Positions 1 through 8,658 of a DNA stretch of 11,388 nt are shown here, one piece after another; position 1 is the first letter of the stretch, and the number at the start of each line of letters is the position of its first letter. A model generated the notes under the pieces. It saw only the letters and a list, made by a program, of their open reading frames with translations. It searched no databases and was not told the DNA's origin. The DNA comes from a virus (Duplodnaviria; Heunggongvirae; Uroviricota; Caudoviricetes). The stretch spans positions 1 to 11,388 of IMG/VR virus record IMGVR_UViG_2737471853_000002. One strand, given 5' to 3'. The position numbers and the translations under genes are program-made.

Positions 1-3000
1 TTGCTGATAGTGCCGTCCTGGATGAAACTGGCCCGGATGAATGTCTGCCCGTTCTGGATCACAAACGGCAAAGCCACGCTGTTACCTGCTGCCGTGGTGA
101 CGGCGAAGCGGTCAGCCAGGAAGATAACCTGCGACTGCATCCCGGACGGCGTATTCTCAACGCCGATCCCCATCCCCGCAGCGTAATACTGCCCGTTGCT
201 GGAGACACCCACTTTAATGTTGTACATCGCACTGAGATTATTATTCACATCAGCCACGGCCTTTGCGTTTACCGTAATGGCTGCAGTATTTTCTCCGGAG
301 GTAACAGTCAGCGTGTTGATTTTCGTGGCCGACGCCTGAGTGAAATCAGCCAGCGTTTCGGTGAGGTCGGTGGAGTTGGAAACATTGCCACCGGCAGACG
401 CATCAAGCGTCACCAGCGCGCGAGCAACGGCCTGGCTGGTATCTGCAATGGTGGTATCGATACGGTCAATGCTGGCGCTGTTACCCGCGTTTGTCACGGT
501 TTGAGAGCGGCGGGAAGTAACCTGTGCCAGCCCGTTCTGGATTATAGCGATAGCCGAGTTCTTTACACCACCCGTCATACCGTCCACAGACACGCTGATG
601 TTATCGATGCGCTGGCTCAGCGCGGTATCAGCCGTCGCCACTGTCTGCTCAAGCTTGCTCAGAGAAGAAGACACATCTCCGACCGTGCTCGACAGGTTTG
701 TAACGCTGGTCTGAACCTTCCCGATATCCTGGGCGTTTTTGGCGATATCCTGCGCCTGTTGCGCCAGTTCGTCGTTGGCCTGTTTAATGTCGTCAGCCAT
801 ACCAGCAATTTTTTCATTGCTGTCTACCGCGTTCTCGATCAGGTCTTTGAACGTATCGGAGCCTTTCATGTCCTCCAGGATTGCATCGGTGATATCGGAT
901 ACATCGATGCTGGCCTGCCCGCGCACAAAGTCTGTATACCCTGATTCGTTTCCGCTGCGGTCCACCAGCTGCGCGCGGTACCAGAAAATTTGCCCAGCCT
1001 TTAGGCCCATCTGCTGATACTTGCGCTGCGGATAGGGTACGTCTGCCAGCAGCATCGCATCGTCTTCCGTCCCAGTCAGACTGTACTGAATTTCCGTCTT
1101 CAGCGTGTCGTCGGTGTTCGCCGGGAATCCCCAGCTCAGCTCGATACCGAATACCACATTATCGGAAGCGATGAAGCCGACCGGTTTCGGCGGATTGCCC
1201 ACTTTACCCGTCAGCGTTTTCTCTTCCGAATATCCCCACCCGGATGAAATTTCTGCGGCATTGATGGCGCGTACACGTACCAGATAGCGCCCGGCATAAA
1301 TCCCAGGAACGTCGAATGACGTGGTGGAACTGCGCGGCACGTTAACCCAGTTCCCGTCGTTGCGGCGCCATTGCGCTTCATAGGCGATAGCATTCTGCGC
1401 CTGGTCCCAGCTCACGCGCATGGTTTCGACGCTGATATTCTGCTGCACCACCGAAAACGAACTGATTACGATGTTGTCTGGCGGTGACTGATTGCCCGGC
1501 GGGATCACGCTCACCGGCCGCTGGTCAATAATGGCTCCGGTATCGATTCGGGCATATTTATCCGGATCGTGCCATGCACCGGTAATGGTGAAAGTGCCAT
1601 CATCGTTATCAGTGACGCTCACAACACGGTACTGCTGTGCGTACAGTTCGTTTGACTCAACCACCCAGACAGCTTCGGCCTGCGGCGTCTCACTGTATGC
1701 AGTGGTGACTGTGACCGATTCCCCGTTAACCGCCTGAATTGTCCTGCTCTGTGACGCTCCGGAGGGAAGGTTGAGGATAAGGCGATCACCTGCTGCCGCA
1801 TCAGCTACACGGTCAAGTTTGATAACGCGACCATTAACGGCGCTGATGCGTCCGCCCATAACCTTTCCGGAAAGCAGCTCGTCTGCCACAGCGATGATAT
1901 AGCCAGGCTGCGGTATGTTTCCGTCCAGCCCGACATCGAACGAAACAACGCGATCCTTGTTGTTGGTGAGAATACCCCAGCGCCCCTTTCGGTTCGCTTC
2001 TGACTGTCTGGTACAACCAATGGCTGTCATTTCGAGCTGATTTGTGCCAAAGCGAGCAACGAGATCCTGCTCAAATACAGGCTCCATCGCATCCGCGTAG
2101 GCATTACCCGGATCGGACCAGGAAACCAGTGCTGTGGTATAGCGGGTTTTCGTGGTGCTGCCCGAATAGGTAAAGCGCCCATTAACCACGTTTGCACGCG
2201 TGTAGCTGTAATCCACATCGCGGGGCATATCCGCCAGCGCAACGATTTGATCGCCACCCCAGTAAGTCATGCCCCGGAATATCGCCGCAAAATCTCGTAA
2301 CACGGTATAGGCGTCATTCCTCTCCTGCACATACACGTTGCAGGTATAGCGAGGCTCAGTGCCGCTACCGCCTTTACCATCAGGAACCGGCTGATCGCAA
2401 TATTGCGCGACCTGGTAAAGCGTCCATTTATCAATATTGGCCGCCGTCAGGCGATTGCCCAGCCCAAAGCGGTCGCTCACCACCAGATCGTAAAAAATCC
2501 AGGCTGGATTATCCGTCCACGCCCACTTAAACGCCCCCGTCCATGTGCCGCTATAGGTGCGGGTCTCCGGGTCATACGTATCCGGAACGCGGATTACACG
2601 CCCTCGCGGTTCGCAGGATATTTGCGGGATAGAGCCGTTAAACTGGCTTGAGTCGAATTCGATGTACAGCAGCGCGGTATTTGGATAACGCAGTTTGGCG
2701 TCAATGACCTCTGTATAGCTCTGCAGCGTCATCGTGTCACCAATTTTCGCGCTGTTGGCATCCGCCGTTAGCTTACGCAGGCGCACCGTCCATGTGCTGC
2801 CTGCCTGCGGTAGGTCAATGCGATGGCTGCGTTCGTAGCCGGAAGTTGTCTTGCCGGTTACGCTGGTATTAAGTACCGTCTGCCAGGTGCCGCCATCGGT
2901 CTGCAGATCAATAGCGTAGTTAATTGAATAGCCAACCAGATCGCCATCATCCTCCTGTTTAAAAAGCGATGGCCACTTGAGGCGCAGGCGAACGGCTGAC

Positions 3001-3344
3001 AGTTGCGTGTTGGTAAAGGTATGTGTCCAGCCGGTGGTGCTTGACACTTCGGTGCCCACGCTGATTTCATTTTCGGTGCCGGGGATACCCTGAATATATT
3101 TTTGTGCCTGAGTCCCCGGACGAAATTCCCACGTAACGCCGCTGAAGTTTTGGGAGCCGTCGGCGTTCTCCAGCGCCGTTCCGTCCAGGTAGATATCCTT
3201 CCCGGTGAGCTGTCCAGCAAACTCCCCTTCCCCAAGCGCAACGAGGATCTTTGCCTTCGCTACAGATTGCAGATCATCAGGCTGTTCGGTGGGAGTTCGG
3301 GAACTGGAGCTCCCGCCTTTTCGTCCGGTAATTGTTTTAGCCAT
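1..3344 (-). CDS. J: Host specificity protein J / central tail fibre (tip attachment protein), 5' portion only; ORF continues past the left window edge
   Basis: Hand translation of the minus strand from ATG at 3344..3342 gives MAKTITGRKGGSSSSRTPTEQPDDLQSVAKAKILVALGEGEFAGQLTGKDIYLDGTALENADGSQNFSGVTWEFRPGTQAQKYIQ... and later ...YPNTALLYIEFDSSQFNGSIPQISCEPRGRVIRVPDTYDPETRTYSGTWTGAFKWAWTDNPAWIFYDLVVSDRFGLGNRLTAANIDKWTLYQVAQYCDQPVPDGKGGSGTEPRYTCNVYVQ..., open for every codon I checked down to about 1500. This resembles my recollection of lambda J (..YPNTALVG.., ..HLRGRILQVPSNY.., ..KWALYVIGQYCDQSVPDGFGGTEPRITCNAYL..). No minus-strand ORF in this frame appears in the track for 1..3344, consistent with one ORF that has no stop inside the window. 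It sits immediately after I, as in lambda. Confidence 0.85.
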   Translation of the reverse strand, partial: MAKTITGRKGGSSSSRTPTEQPDDLQSVAKAKILVALGEGEFAGQLTGKDIYLDGTALENADGSQNFSGVTWEFRPGTQAQKYIQGIPGTENEISVGTEVSSTTGWTHTFTNTQLSAVRLRLKWPSLFKQEDDGDLVGYSINYAIDLQTDGGTWQTVLNTSVTGKTTSGYERSHRIDLPQAGSTWTVRLRKLTADANSAKIGDTMTLQSYTEVIDAKLRYPNTALLYIEFDSSQFNGSIPQISCEPRGRVIRVPDTYDPETRTYSGTWTGAFKWAWTDNPAWIFYDLVVSDRFGLGNRLTAANIDKWTLYQVAQYCDQPVPDGKGGSGTEPRYTCNVYVQERNDAYTVLRDFAAIFRGMTYWGGDQIVALADMPRDVDYSYTRANVVNGRFTYSGSTTKTRYTTALVSWSDPGNAYADAMEPVFEQDLVARFGTNQLEMTAIGCTRQSEANRKGRWGILTNNKDRVVSFDVGLDGNIPQPGYIIAVADELLSGKVMGGRISAVNGRVIKLDRVADAAAGDRLILNLPSGASQSRTIQAVNGESVTVTTAYSETPQAEAVWVVESNELYAQQYRVVSVTDNDDGTFTITGAWHDPDKYARIDTGAIIDQRPVSVIPPGNQSPPDNIVISSFSVVQQNISVETMRVSWDQAQNAIAYEAQWRRNDGNWVNVPRSSTTSFDVPGIYAGRYLVRVRAINAAEISSGWGYSEEKTLTGKVGNPPKPVGFIASDNVVFGIELSWGFPANTDDTLKTEIQYSLTGTEDDAMLLADVPYPQRKYQQMGLKAGQIFWYRAQLVDRSGNESGYTDFVRGQASIDVSDITDAILEDMKGSDTFKDLIENAVDSNEKIAGMADDIKQANDELAQQAQDIAKNAQDIGKVQTSVTNLSSTVGDVSSSLSKLEQTVATADTALSQRIDNISVSVDGMTGGVKNSAIAIIQNGLAQVTSRRSQTVTNAGNSASIDRIDTTIADTSQAVARALVTLDASAGGNVSNSTDLTETLADFTQASATKINTLTVTSGENTAAITVNAKAVADVNNNLSAMYNIKVGVSSNGQYYAAGMGIGVENTPSGMQSQVIFLADRFAVTTAAGNSVALPFVIQNGQTFIRASFIQDGTIS

Positions 3345-3353
3345 ATCGCGCCC

Positions 3354-3380
3354 ATAAAAAAAGCCACCCGAAGGTGGCTT
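3354..3380 (-). terminator. Intrinsic-terminator-like hairpin in the I-J intercistronic gap (8 bp stem, UUCG tetraloop, U7 tract), 10 nt upstream of the J start
   Basis: Plus strand 3361..3380 is aagccacc-cgaa-ggtggctt, a perfect 8 bp stem. On the minus-strand RNA this reads AAGCCACC UUCG GGUGGCUU followed by UUUUUAU, giving seven consecutive U when the last two stem bases are counted. The loop is the hyper-stable UUCG tetraloop closed by a C-G pair. The plus-strand RNA would lack a downstream U tract, so the element is unidirectional. Confidence 0.5.
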
Positions 3381-3397
3381 GTAAAAAGGTTTGTTAA

Positions 3398-3985
3398 CTA
3401 CTGCTGATCTTCGACATAAATTCCGGCAGAAATAATTGCCCCGCCGATTCTCCGGCGGCCGTACAGGAGCGGAACCGGGTAACCCTGTGCGGCGGTATTT
3501 GTGACTCCGCCGAACGCGTATGAGGCGCGGTTATCTGAGCTCTGTTTGCTGGCCAGCCCTGTAGCCTGAGGGGATATCATCTGAACTACCCCCCCCAGCG
3601 TTATGGACGCACCAGCAGCAAACATCATATTGCTGGCAGCTATACTCAGACCTGGCATCCAGATCGATGCAATCACTAATACTGCGCCCAGGATAGTTTG
3701 AATCAAACCGGCTTTTTTACTCCCGATGATTACCGGGACAATGCGGATAACATCGCCGGTAACCGGGAAACCGAGGTCATCCACACCGATGTTTTTTTTA
3801 CCCTTAAATACGGAGTATGTGAGCCCACGGCGCTGGCTGGAAATCATAAACTGCTCAAAGCCCGGAATAGTCTTTGCGAGCGCCACTCCCGCCTCGCTTA
3901 CACGGGAAATCAGGCGGTGGTGAATTTTACCGAATGATTTCCCGAGCACGCCGCCAAGCTCAATGCGGGTCATTACTTCCTGCAT
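3398..3985 (-). CDS. I: Tail assembly / tail tip protein I
   Basis: 195 aa ORF (MQEVMTRIELGGVLGKSFGKIHHRL...GRRRIGGAIISAGIYVEDQQ) between K and J, with a hydrophobic Gly/Ala-rich central segment as I recall for lambda gpI. Start overlaps the 3' end of K by 13 nt. Stop TAG at 3400..3398. Confidence 0.85.
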   Translation of the reverse strand: MQEVMTRIELGGVLGKSFGKIHHRLISRVSEAGVALAKTIPGFEQFMISSQRRGLTYSVFKGKKNIGVDDLGFPVTGDVIRIVPVIIGSKKAGLIQTILGAVLVIASIWMPGLSIAASNMMFAAGASITLGGVVQMISPQATGLASKQSSDNRASYAFGGVTNTAAQGYPVPLLYGRRRIGGAIISAGIYVEDQQ

Positions 3986-4704
3986 GTTTCACCTGCCATT
4001 ACATCTTTATAGCGAACGATCTTCATCGTGCGCTCCTGCCAGTATCCGCCATAAGGAACTCGCTGGCTCAGATGCCCGTAAAGATGGTGCAGCAGCATGT
4101 TACCCTCCAGTAAAATCCCGGCATGATTCCACTTATCAGCCTGCACCTGCATGATGACGAGGTCCCCTTCCTGAGTCGGGCCGTCAAACTCCCTGAATCC
4201 GCATTCATACCAGCAATCCTGATAGAAATTGTCCGGGTAGTCGTTTTCCCACCAGGGATAATCCACCCGGTAATCGTAGAGCTCGATACCGTGGGTCTGC
4301 CGGAAATAGCTCATTACCAGACCCCAGCAATCGAAGTGGCCAAGCACAAACGGTCGCTCCAGCAATGGGAGCTCCCCGCGTGGCTGAATGGTACGTAAAT
4401 CCCCCTCTGGCCAGCTCACAATATGCCAGGGCAGCAGTGTTGCATCACACTGCGCCTTATCAAGCTCGCTGGCCTGTGTCGTCGCGTCAGGATGGCTGTG
4501 AACAATGGCTACCACCGTCCCCCAGTCTTCTGCCGCTGCGTAATCTTCGGGGGACAGGTGAAAATGTTCAGTCGGCTCTGCTGCGAGATTACGACAGGGA
4601 AAATAGCGCTCAACCCGGCTTTTCTGTGCCACCACGCCGCAGCACTCGCGCGGATATTCCGCTGCAGCGTGTGCCATGATGGCATCAATGGTTTTCTGAC
4701 GCAT
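3973..4704 (-). CDS. K: Tail tip assembly protein K (N-terminal MPN/JAMM metalloprotease-like domain plus C-terminal NlpC/P60 cysteine peptidase-like domain)
   Basis: 243 aa ORF. JAMM motif is intact in IVHSHPDATTQASELD (H-x-H-x7-S-x2-D) with an upstream Glu in YPRECCG. NlpC/P60-like Cys in GHFDCWGL and downstream His in WNHAGILL / LLHHLYG. The ATG at 4704 is separated from the L stop (TGA, 4708..4706) by one nucleotide. Confidence 0.88.
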   Translation of the reverse strand: MRQKTIDAIMAHAAAEYPRECCGVVAQKSRVERYFPCRNLAAEPTEHFHLSPEDYAAAEDWGTVVAIVHSHPDATTQASELDKAQCDATLLPWHIVSWPEGDLRTIQPRGELPLLERPFVLGHFDCWGLVMSYFRQTHGIELYDYRVDYPWWENDYPDNFYQDCWYECGFREFDGPTQEGDLVIMQVQADKWNHAGILLEGNMLLHHLYGHLSQRVPYGGYWQERTMKIVRYKDVMAGETCRK

Positions 4705-4705
4705 A

Positions 4706-5461
4706 TCAGCTCCTGATAAGAGATGTACCCGGGAAACCGCCGAACGGCAGTTCGTTGCTGTCTCCGTGCCGGAGCTTGCAGGCCGTCAGCGTGCCGTTGC
4801 AGACATCCAGCGAGGGATCGTCAACCGGATTATTGTTTTTGTCGAAATAGCGCGTTCCGGCATAGTCGCAGCCGTCGCCGGTCCGGTACTTGTTCCGGAT
4901 GCACCAGCTGCATAACGAATGCAGCTGACGCGTCGGAATCATCTGGCCCTGTAAATCCATCGGACTGGAAAGCGTAAATTCGACAACTTCATCCGTCTCG
5001 GTGCTTCTGGCATCGATATAAAAGACCTTCAGCTTTTCCTGTGACGGGTCTGCAGTGGGATTGCCCTGCGGAAAATTTCTGGCGTCCAGATACTGTGCCA
5101 GCGTGTCGTGGATACTCACTTTCGCCTGCAGCAGATCGTCATACGCCAGACAGAGCGCTGAGATCGAGCTGTCCAGGTTCGCCACCCTCAGTTTTGGCTG
5201 TGGGCTGGTACCATCCGTGGTCGCTTCAATACCCTCAACCTGACACGGCCAGGCTTTATACTCCTCCCCCTGCCACCAGATGGACTTCGCCGGAAGTTTA
5301 TTCTCGTCGCCGCCTGCGGCTTCAATCTCTTCCGGGGTGTGCGCGATATTGTGTGCGTGGAAGCGGAGCACATCTGACATACCGAACGCTGTACCATCGA
5401 CAGAAAAAAGCCGGACTTCATTGCCCGGCTCAAGTTTTTGATAATCAGCATTAAGACTCAT
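4706..5461 (-). CDS. L: Minor tail protein L (tail tip complex)
   Basis: 251 aa ORF resembling lambda gpL, including a C-terminal cysteine cluster (LCSWCIRNKYRTGDGCDYAG...DVCNGTLTACK) in the position of the gpL iron-sulfur ligands. Start overlaps the M stop as ATGA (5461..5458). Confidence 0.88.
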   Translation of the reverse strand: MSLNADYQKLEPGNEVRLFSVDGTAFGMSDVLRFHAHNIAHTPEEIEAAGGDENKLPAKSIWWQGEEYKAWPCQVEGIEATTDGTSPQPKLRVANLDSSISALCLAYDDLLQAKVSIHDTLAQYLDARNFPQGNPTADPSQEKLKVFYIDARSTETDEVVEFTLSSPMDLQGQMIPTRQLHSLCSWCIRNKYRTGDGCDYAGTRYFDKNNNPVDDPSLDVCNGTLTACKLRHGDSNELPFGGFPGTSLIRS

Positions 5462-5805
5462 GGTGTAAATGCCTGTTCAAACGTTGCGGTTACGGTTATC
5501 ACTTTTACGTTTTTAACCACCTTTTTGAGCGTGTCAGCCTCTACACGCCACAGCGCGGTATCGCCGAAAGGCGGAGTGAAAATAAATGACTTCACTTTAT
5601 GCCGACGAAGGAAGGCATGGATTTCATTCGCTGTAGTCGGATCTCCTGAAAAGGAATATTCATAGGTGCGAATCTCATCATTCAGGCCGGAGCCGCTCAC
5701 CTGTGCGTACCCGTCGCCGAACTGGACTTTCCTGACTATGTCTTTACTTCCCTCGGTGGGCTGGCTGGAAACCTTAATGCCCCAGGGGAATGTTTCTATC
5801 GTCAT
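5458..5805 (-). CDS. M: Minor tail protein M
   Basis: 115 aa ORF with a conserved RKVQFGDGYAQ motif (lambda gpM has RKVRFGDGYSQ as I recall). Lies immediately downstream of the tape measure gene with a 5 nt gap. Confidence 0.85.
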   Translation of the reverse strand: MTIETFPWGIKVSSQPTEGSKDIVRKVQFGDGYAQVSGSGLNDEIRTYEYSFSGDPTTANEIHAFLRRHKVKSFIFTPPFGDTALWRVEADTLKKVVKNVKVITVTATFEQAFTP

Positions 5806-5810
5806 AACTG

Positions 5811-8327
5811 TTACCTGCGATTGGTCGCATTCCAGATAAGCCCACCGGGCTGGATTGCCCTGGCGATACCATCATTGACAGATTTGTTAATCACCTGCTG
5901 ATACGCCTTACCCAGCCTGTCTCCGTCGTTTTGCTGCTGTGCGTTACCGGAAGCATTCTCGACCGTCACCGGGGCATACACACTGACACCGAAAGGTGCT
6001 GCAGCCGGGCCTGTACCACCGCCCCCGACATACCCTCCCGTTGCATAGCCTTTCATCATCCGGTAAAGATTGCCGACGCCGATCCTGCTGGTAGCCTCTT
6101 TGGTGAAAACAAACTCACCACGGTGAACGACACCTGCTGGCTCATATTTCCCGCCTGAACCGGTATAACCGCCACCTGCAAATCCCAGCGCGGTTGATGC
6201 TGAATCCACCAGGCCTACCATCGCCTGTTTCAGCAGGATCTGTGTCAGCATGGAGAGCGTGGAGCGGGTGAAGTCAGCCCAGTCAGCCTTTCCGCGCGTC
6301 AGCATGTCAGCCATATTTTGCCCAATGCCATCAAACGTACTGCTGGCAAACGACTTCATCTGGCCATAAGCATCAGAAGCAGAATCAACATAATCTGCCC
6401 ATGCGGATTTGGCTCCGGATTGCCAGTCACCCCGAAGCTTATCCTGCTCGGCGTAATACGCATGCAGCCCCTGCAGCTCATTCTGATAACCGGCATCGTT
6501 TTCGGAACCTCCACCATTTTTCCACCCCTGAAGAAGCTGGGCCTCCTCGTTGCGGCGTTGTGCTGCACGACTGCTCATACCAGCACTTTCCGCCAGGGCT
6601 CGGGTTTTCTCGCCGATCTGCGTGACGTATTTTTGGGACGTATCCTGCAGGCGATTAAGCCGCTCCTGCGCCACTATCTGATCGCCGAGCTTCGCGTTCA
6701 GCTCCGCACGGGAAAGCACCTCGCTTTTACTGGCCAGCAGGGATTTTTCCTCGGCAGAAAGCGTCCGGGTCTTCGCGGCCTCTTCCAGAACCGTAAAACG
6801 GGACTGCTTACGCCACAGCTCCTGACGCTGCTGGCTGATGGTGTCATTTATCCCCTTATGCTCCTGCAGGGTGCGCAGCTGTGCTTCCAGCTCCATCGTC
6901 TGGGCGCTGGCCGCATCGGTTGCACGGGTACCGGCAGGAGTCCTGACTGCAGGTGTTTTCTTCGGCTTTTTAAGGGTGTCTTCGTACTCTTTTTTCGCGG
7001 CAGCCAGGTTGATGTTGTAGTCAGCCTGGAGGATCCGCCCCTCTTTCAGCGCCTTGTTGAGCTCGCTCTGCCTGGCCGTGTATTTCTCCAGTGCCGTCTG
7101 CGTTTTGGCATAGTTTGCCTGTGCCTGCGCAGCATACTTCTGGCGATCCGATTCCGCAGCCGCTTCGCGCGATGCATTCTCTTCGTTCGCCCTGGCAATT
7201 CCCGCCTGCTGCTGCGCCATATCCAGCGCAAGCCTGGCCGTTTCGCGGTCATTCCAGAATCGGGCGCGAGCCTCATCATTGACATATCGGTCACCTTTAC
7301 GCAGGTTCCAGATTTCATCAGCTTTTTTGAACGCGGCTTCGGCTTTTGCCACCATCTCCTGCGCGGTGTCAGGTCGGCCAATATCGAGGGCTGCATCCCA
7401 CATCGACTTGAAGGCGCGCTTCAGGGAGTCCGCTGAAGACTCTATCGTCCCCATATTGTCGCGGATGGCTTTGGTCTGATCGTTGAATCCGGCTGTAGCA
7501 GCCTCGTTAGCCGCCTGCAGTGCGCCAGCCTCATCACCGGCACGCTGCAGCTGCGCCACATGGGCAATCTGTTCAGCGGTAACGTTATGGAACTGCTGGG
7601 CCATCGCGATCAGGCCCGATGTCGGGTCCGTTGCGAGCTTGCCGTAGGCTGCTGCGACTTTCTCCACCGGCACGCCGGAGGCATCGGTAAACCGCGACAC
7701 CGCCTGGCTCATGTCATCAAAGCGCGAGCCAGCACGCACCCCCGCGTTGATAAGCTCGGTCAGCGCTTCACTGGTCTGGTTGAAGGTCAGCCCCGCTGCC
7801 TGTCCGTTCCGCGCCAGCGCCAGAATGCGGTCAGCTGTCAGTCCGGCTGTGTTGCCCGACAGTACCAGCGTTTTGTTGAAATCAGACAGAGTGGAAGAGC
7901 CCTGGTACCAGGCATAGAACAACGCGCCCGTTGCAACGGACAATGCACCAATGCCGACCATCAACGGGGAAACCGTCCCAATCAGCGCCCGGAATGTCGG
8001 GATGATCCCGCCAAAGGAGTCCTTAACCTGACCACCCTGCTGAAGCAGAATCAGCCAGGGGTTCTGCCCACCTGCCAGCTGCGTGGCCACATCGGTAAAC
8101 TGCGCCGGGAGCATACGCATTGCGGCGTTATACTGACCCACTGAAATACCGGCCTTACGCGCGGCGTTCTCCTGGCGGATGAAGGACTGCTGGATACGTA
8201 ACGCTTCGTCGTTTGCCGCATTGCCGGTCTGTTTTAATTCTTTTTTGACGTAGTTAAGCTGCTCGCTGAATTTCGACGAGTTAACGTCAAGGTTAACGAC
8301 CAGATCACCGACTGCCGTCTGGGCCAT
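5811..8327 (-). CDS. H: Tail length tape measure protein
   Basis: 838 aa ORF. N-terminal region resembles lambda gpH; there is a long Ala/Gln/Glu/Lys/Arg-rich predicted coiled-coil centre and a Gly-rich C-terminal region (GFAGGGYTGSGGKYEPAGVVHRGEFVFTKEATSRIG...GGYVGGGGTGP). Strong Shine-Dalgarno AGGAGG at 8341..8336, 8 nt upstream of ATG 8327. Its position between G-T and M matches lambda. Confidence 0.92.
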   Translation of the reverse strand: MAQTAVGDLVVNLDVNSSKFSEQLNYVKKELKQTGNAANDEALRIQQSFIRQENAARKAGISVGQYNAAMRMLPAQFTDVATQLAGGQNPWLILLQQGGQVKDSFGGIIPTFRALIGTVSPLMVGIGALSVATGALFYAWYQGSSTLSDFNKTLVLSGNTAGLTADRILALARNGQAAGLTFNQTSEALTELINAGVRAGSRFDDMSQAVSRFTDASGVPVEKVAAAYGKLATDPTSGLIAMAQQFHNVTAEQIAHVAQLQRAGDEAGALQAANEAATAGFNDQTKAIRDNMGTIESSADSLKRAFKSMWDAALDIGRPDTAQEMVAKAEAAFKKADEIWNLRKGDRYVNDEARARFWNDRETARLALDMAQQQAGIARANEENASREAAAESDRQKYAAQAQANYAKTQTALEKYTARQSELNKALKEGRILQADYNINLAAAKKEYEDTLKKPKKTPAVRTPAGTRATDAASAQTMELEAQLRTLQEHKGINDTISQQRQELWRKQSRFTVLEEAAKTRTLSAEEKSLLASKSEVLSRAELNAKLGDQIVAQERLNRLQDTSQKYVTQIGEKTRALAESAGMSSRAAQRRNEEAQLLQGWKNGGGSENDAGYQNELQGLHAYYAEQDKLRGDWQSGAKSAWADYVDSASDAYGQMKSFASSTFDGIGQNMADMLTRGKADWADFTRSTLSMLTQILLKQAMVGLVDSASTALGFAGGGYTGSGGKYEPAGVVHRGEFVFTKEATSRIGVGNLYRMMKGYATGGYVGGGGTGPAAAPFGVSVYAPVTVENASGNAQQQNDGDRLGKAYQQVINKSVNDGIARAIQPGGLIWNATNRR

Positions 8328-8658
8328 AGCGCACGCCTCCTGAAATACCTGCAGCCTTCGCCATCAGCGTATTGTCATCCGGTTCATCAATGTCGATGGG
8401 TTCCGGTGCAGTATTAAGAATGCTGAAACTGTCCGGGGTTAACTCCGGATCGGCAAAAAACATGGTTGAGATGGTGTAGAGCAAGCCGGAGAAGTGAGCG
8501 TCCAGCTGCACATCATGAAAGTAATTGTCCTGATAGAAGATTTTCCAGTCGCCATACTCCGTTGAGGACATGCCAGCAAGCATGGCACGCCAGTCCGGGC
8601 GACCGAACTCACGCGCCAGTTTCATGGCAAAATTCAGCTCACTGGCGAGGACTTTTCC
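8305..8658 (-). CDS. T: Tail assembly chaperone T-frame segment, expected to be expressed only as a G-T fusion through -1 programmed ribosomal frameshifting
   Basis: The reading frame is -1 relative to G and open from 8670 down to the stop at 8307..8305 (...AAGISGGVRYGPDGSR*). The supplied ORF begins at an internal ATG (8625), but the frame carries no Shine-Dalgarno-dependent start of its own upstream of the G stop. This is the conserved G/GT architecture of long-tailed phages. The 3' end overlaps the H start by about 23 nt. Confidence 0.75.
   Translation of the reverse strand, partial: GKVLASELNFAMKLAREFGRPDWRAMLAGMSSTEYGDWKIFYQDNYFHDVQLDAHFSGLLYTISTMFFADPELTPDSFSILNTAPEPIDIDEPDDNTLMAKAAGISGGVRYGPDGSR

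Noticed and set aside
3353-3355. Alternative ATG at 3355 as a possible J start
   Set aside because: It is in a different frame from the J-like translation and hits a stop after about 30 codons. The ATG at 3344 gives the continuous J-like protein.
1-3407. Multiple 60-150 aa ORFs on both strands overlapping J (e.g. 501..944 +, 2192..2530 +, 2858..3241 -, 3102..3407 +)
   Set aside because: All lie inside, or antisense to, the open J reading frame, which translates into a clearly J-like protein. None has a coherent protein-like sequence or a start context.
3973-4716. Plus-strand ORFs antisense to K and L (4123..4398, 4365..4679, 4423..4716, 4723..4977, 5041..5454)
   Set aside because: They are embedded antisense in confidently assigned K and L genes, and their translations are Arg/Cys/Pro-rich and not protein-like.
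7046-7396. 116 aa minus-strand ORF in an alternative frame within H (very Arg-rich)
   Set aside because: It is an out-of-frame read of the H coding sequence with extreme Arg content, and has no independent start context.
6318-7436. 372 aa ORF on the plus strand, antisense inside the tape measure gene
   Set aside because: Its translation is low-complexity Arg/Leu/Gly/Cys-rich sequence, as expected from reading Ala/Gln/Glu-rich coiled-coil codons in reverse. It lies entirely inside a confidently assigned gene and has no convincing ribosome binding site. It is an artefact of the codon composition of H.
7560-8144. 194 aa plus-strand ORF antisense to the 5' part of the tape measure gene
   Set aside because: Same reasoning: Arg/Cys/Gln-rich low-complexity translation, fully embedded in H on the opposite strand.
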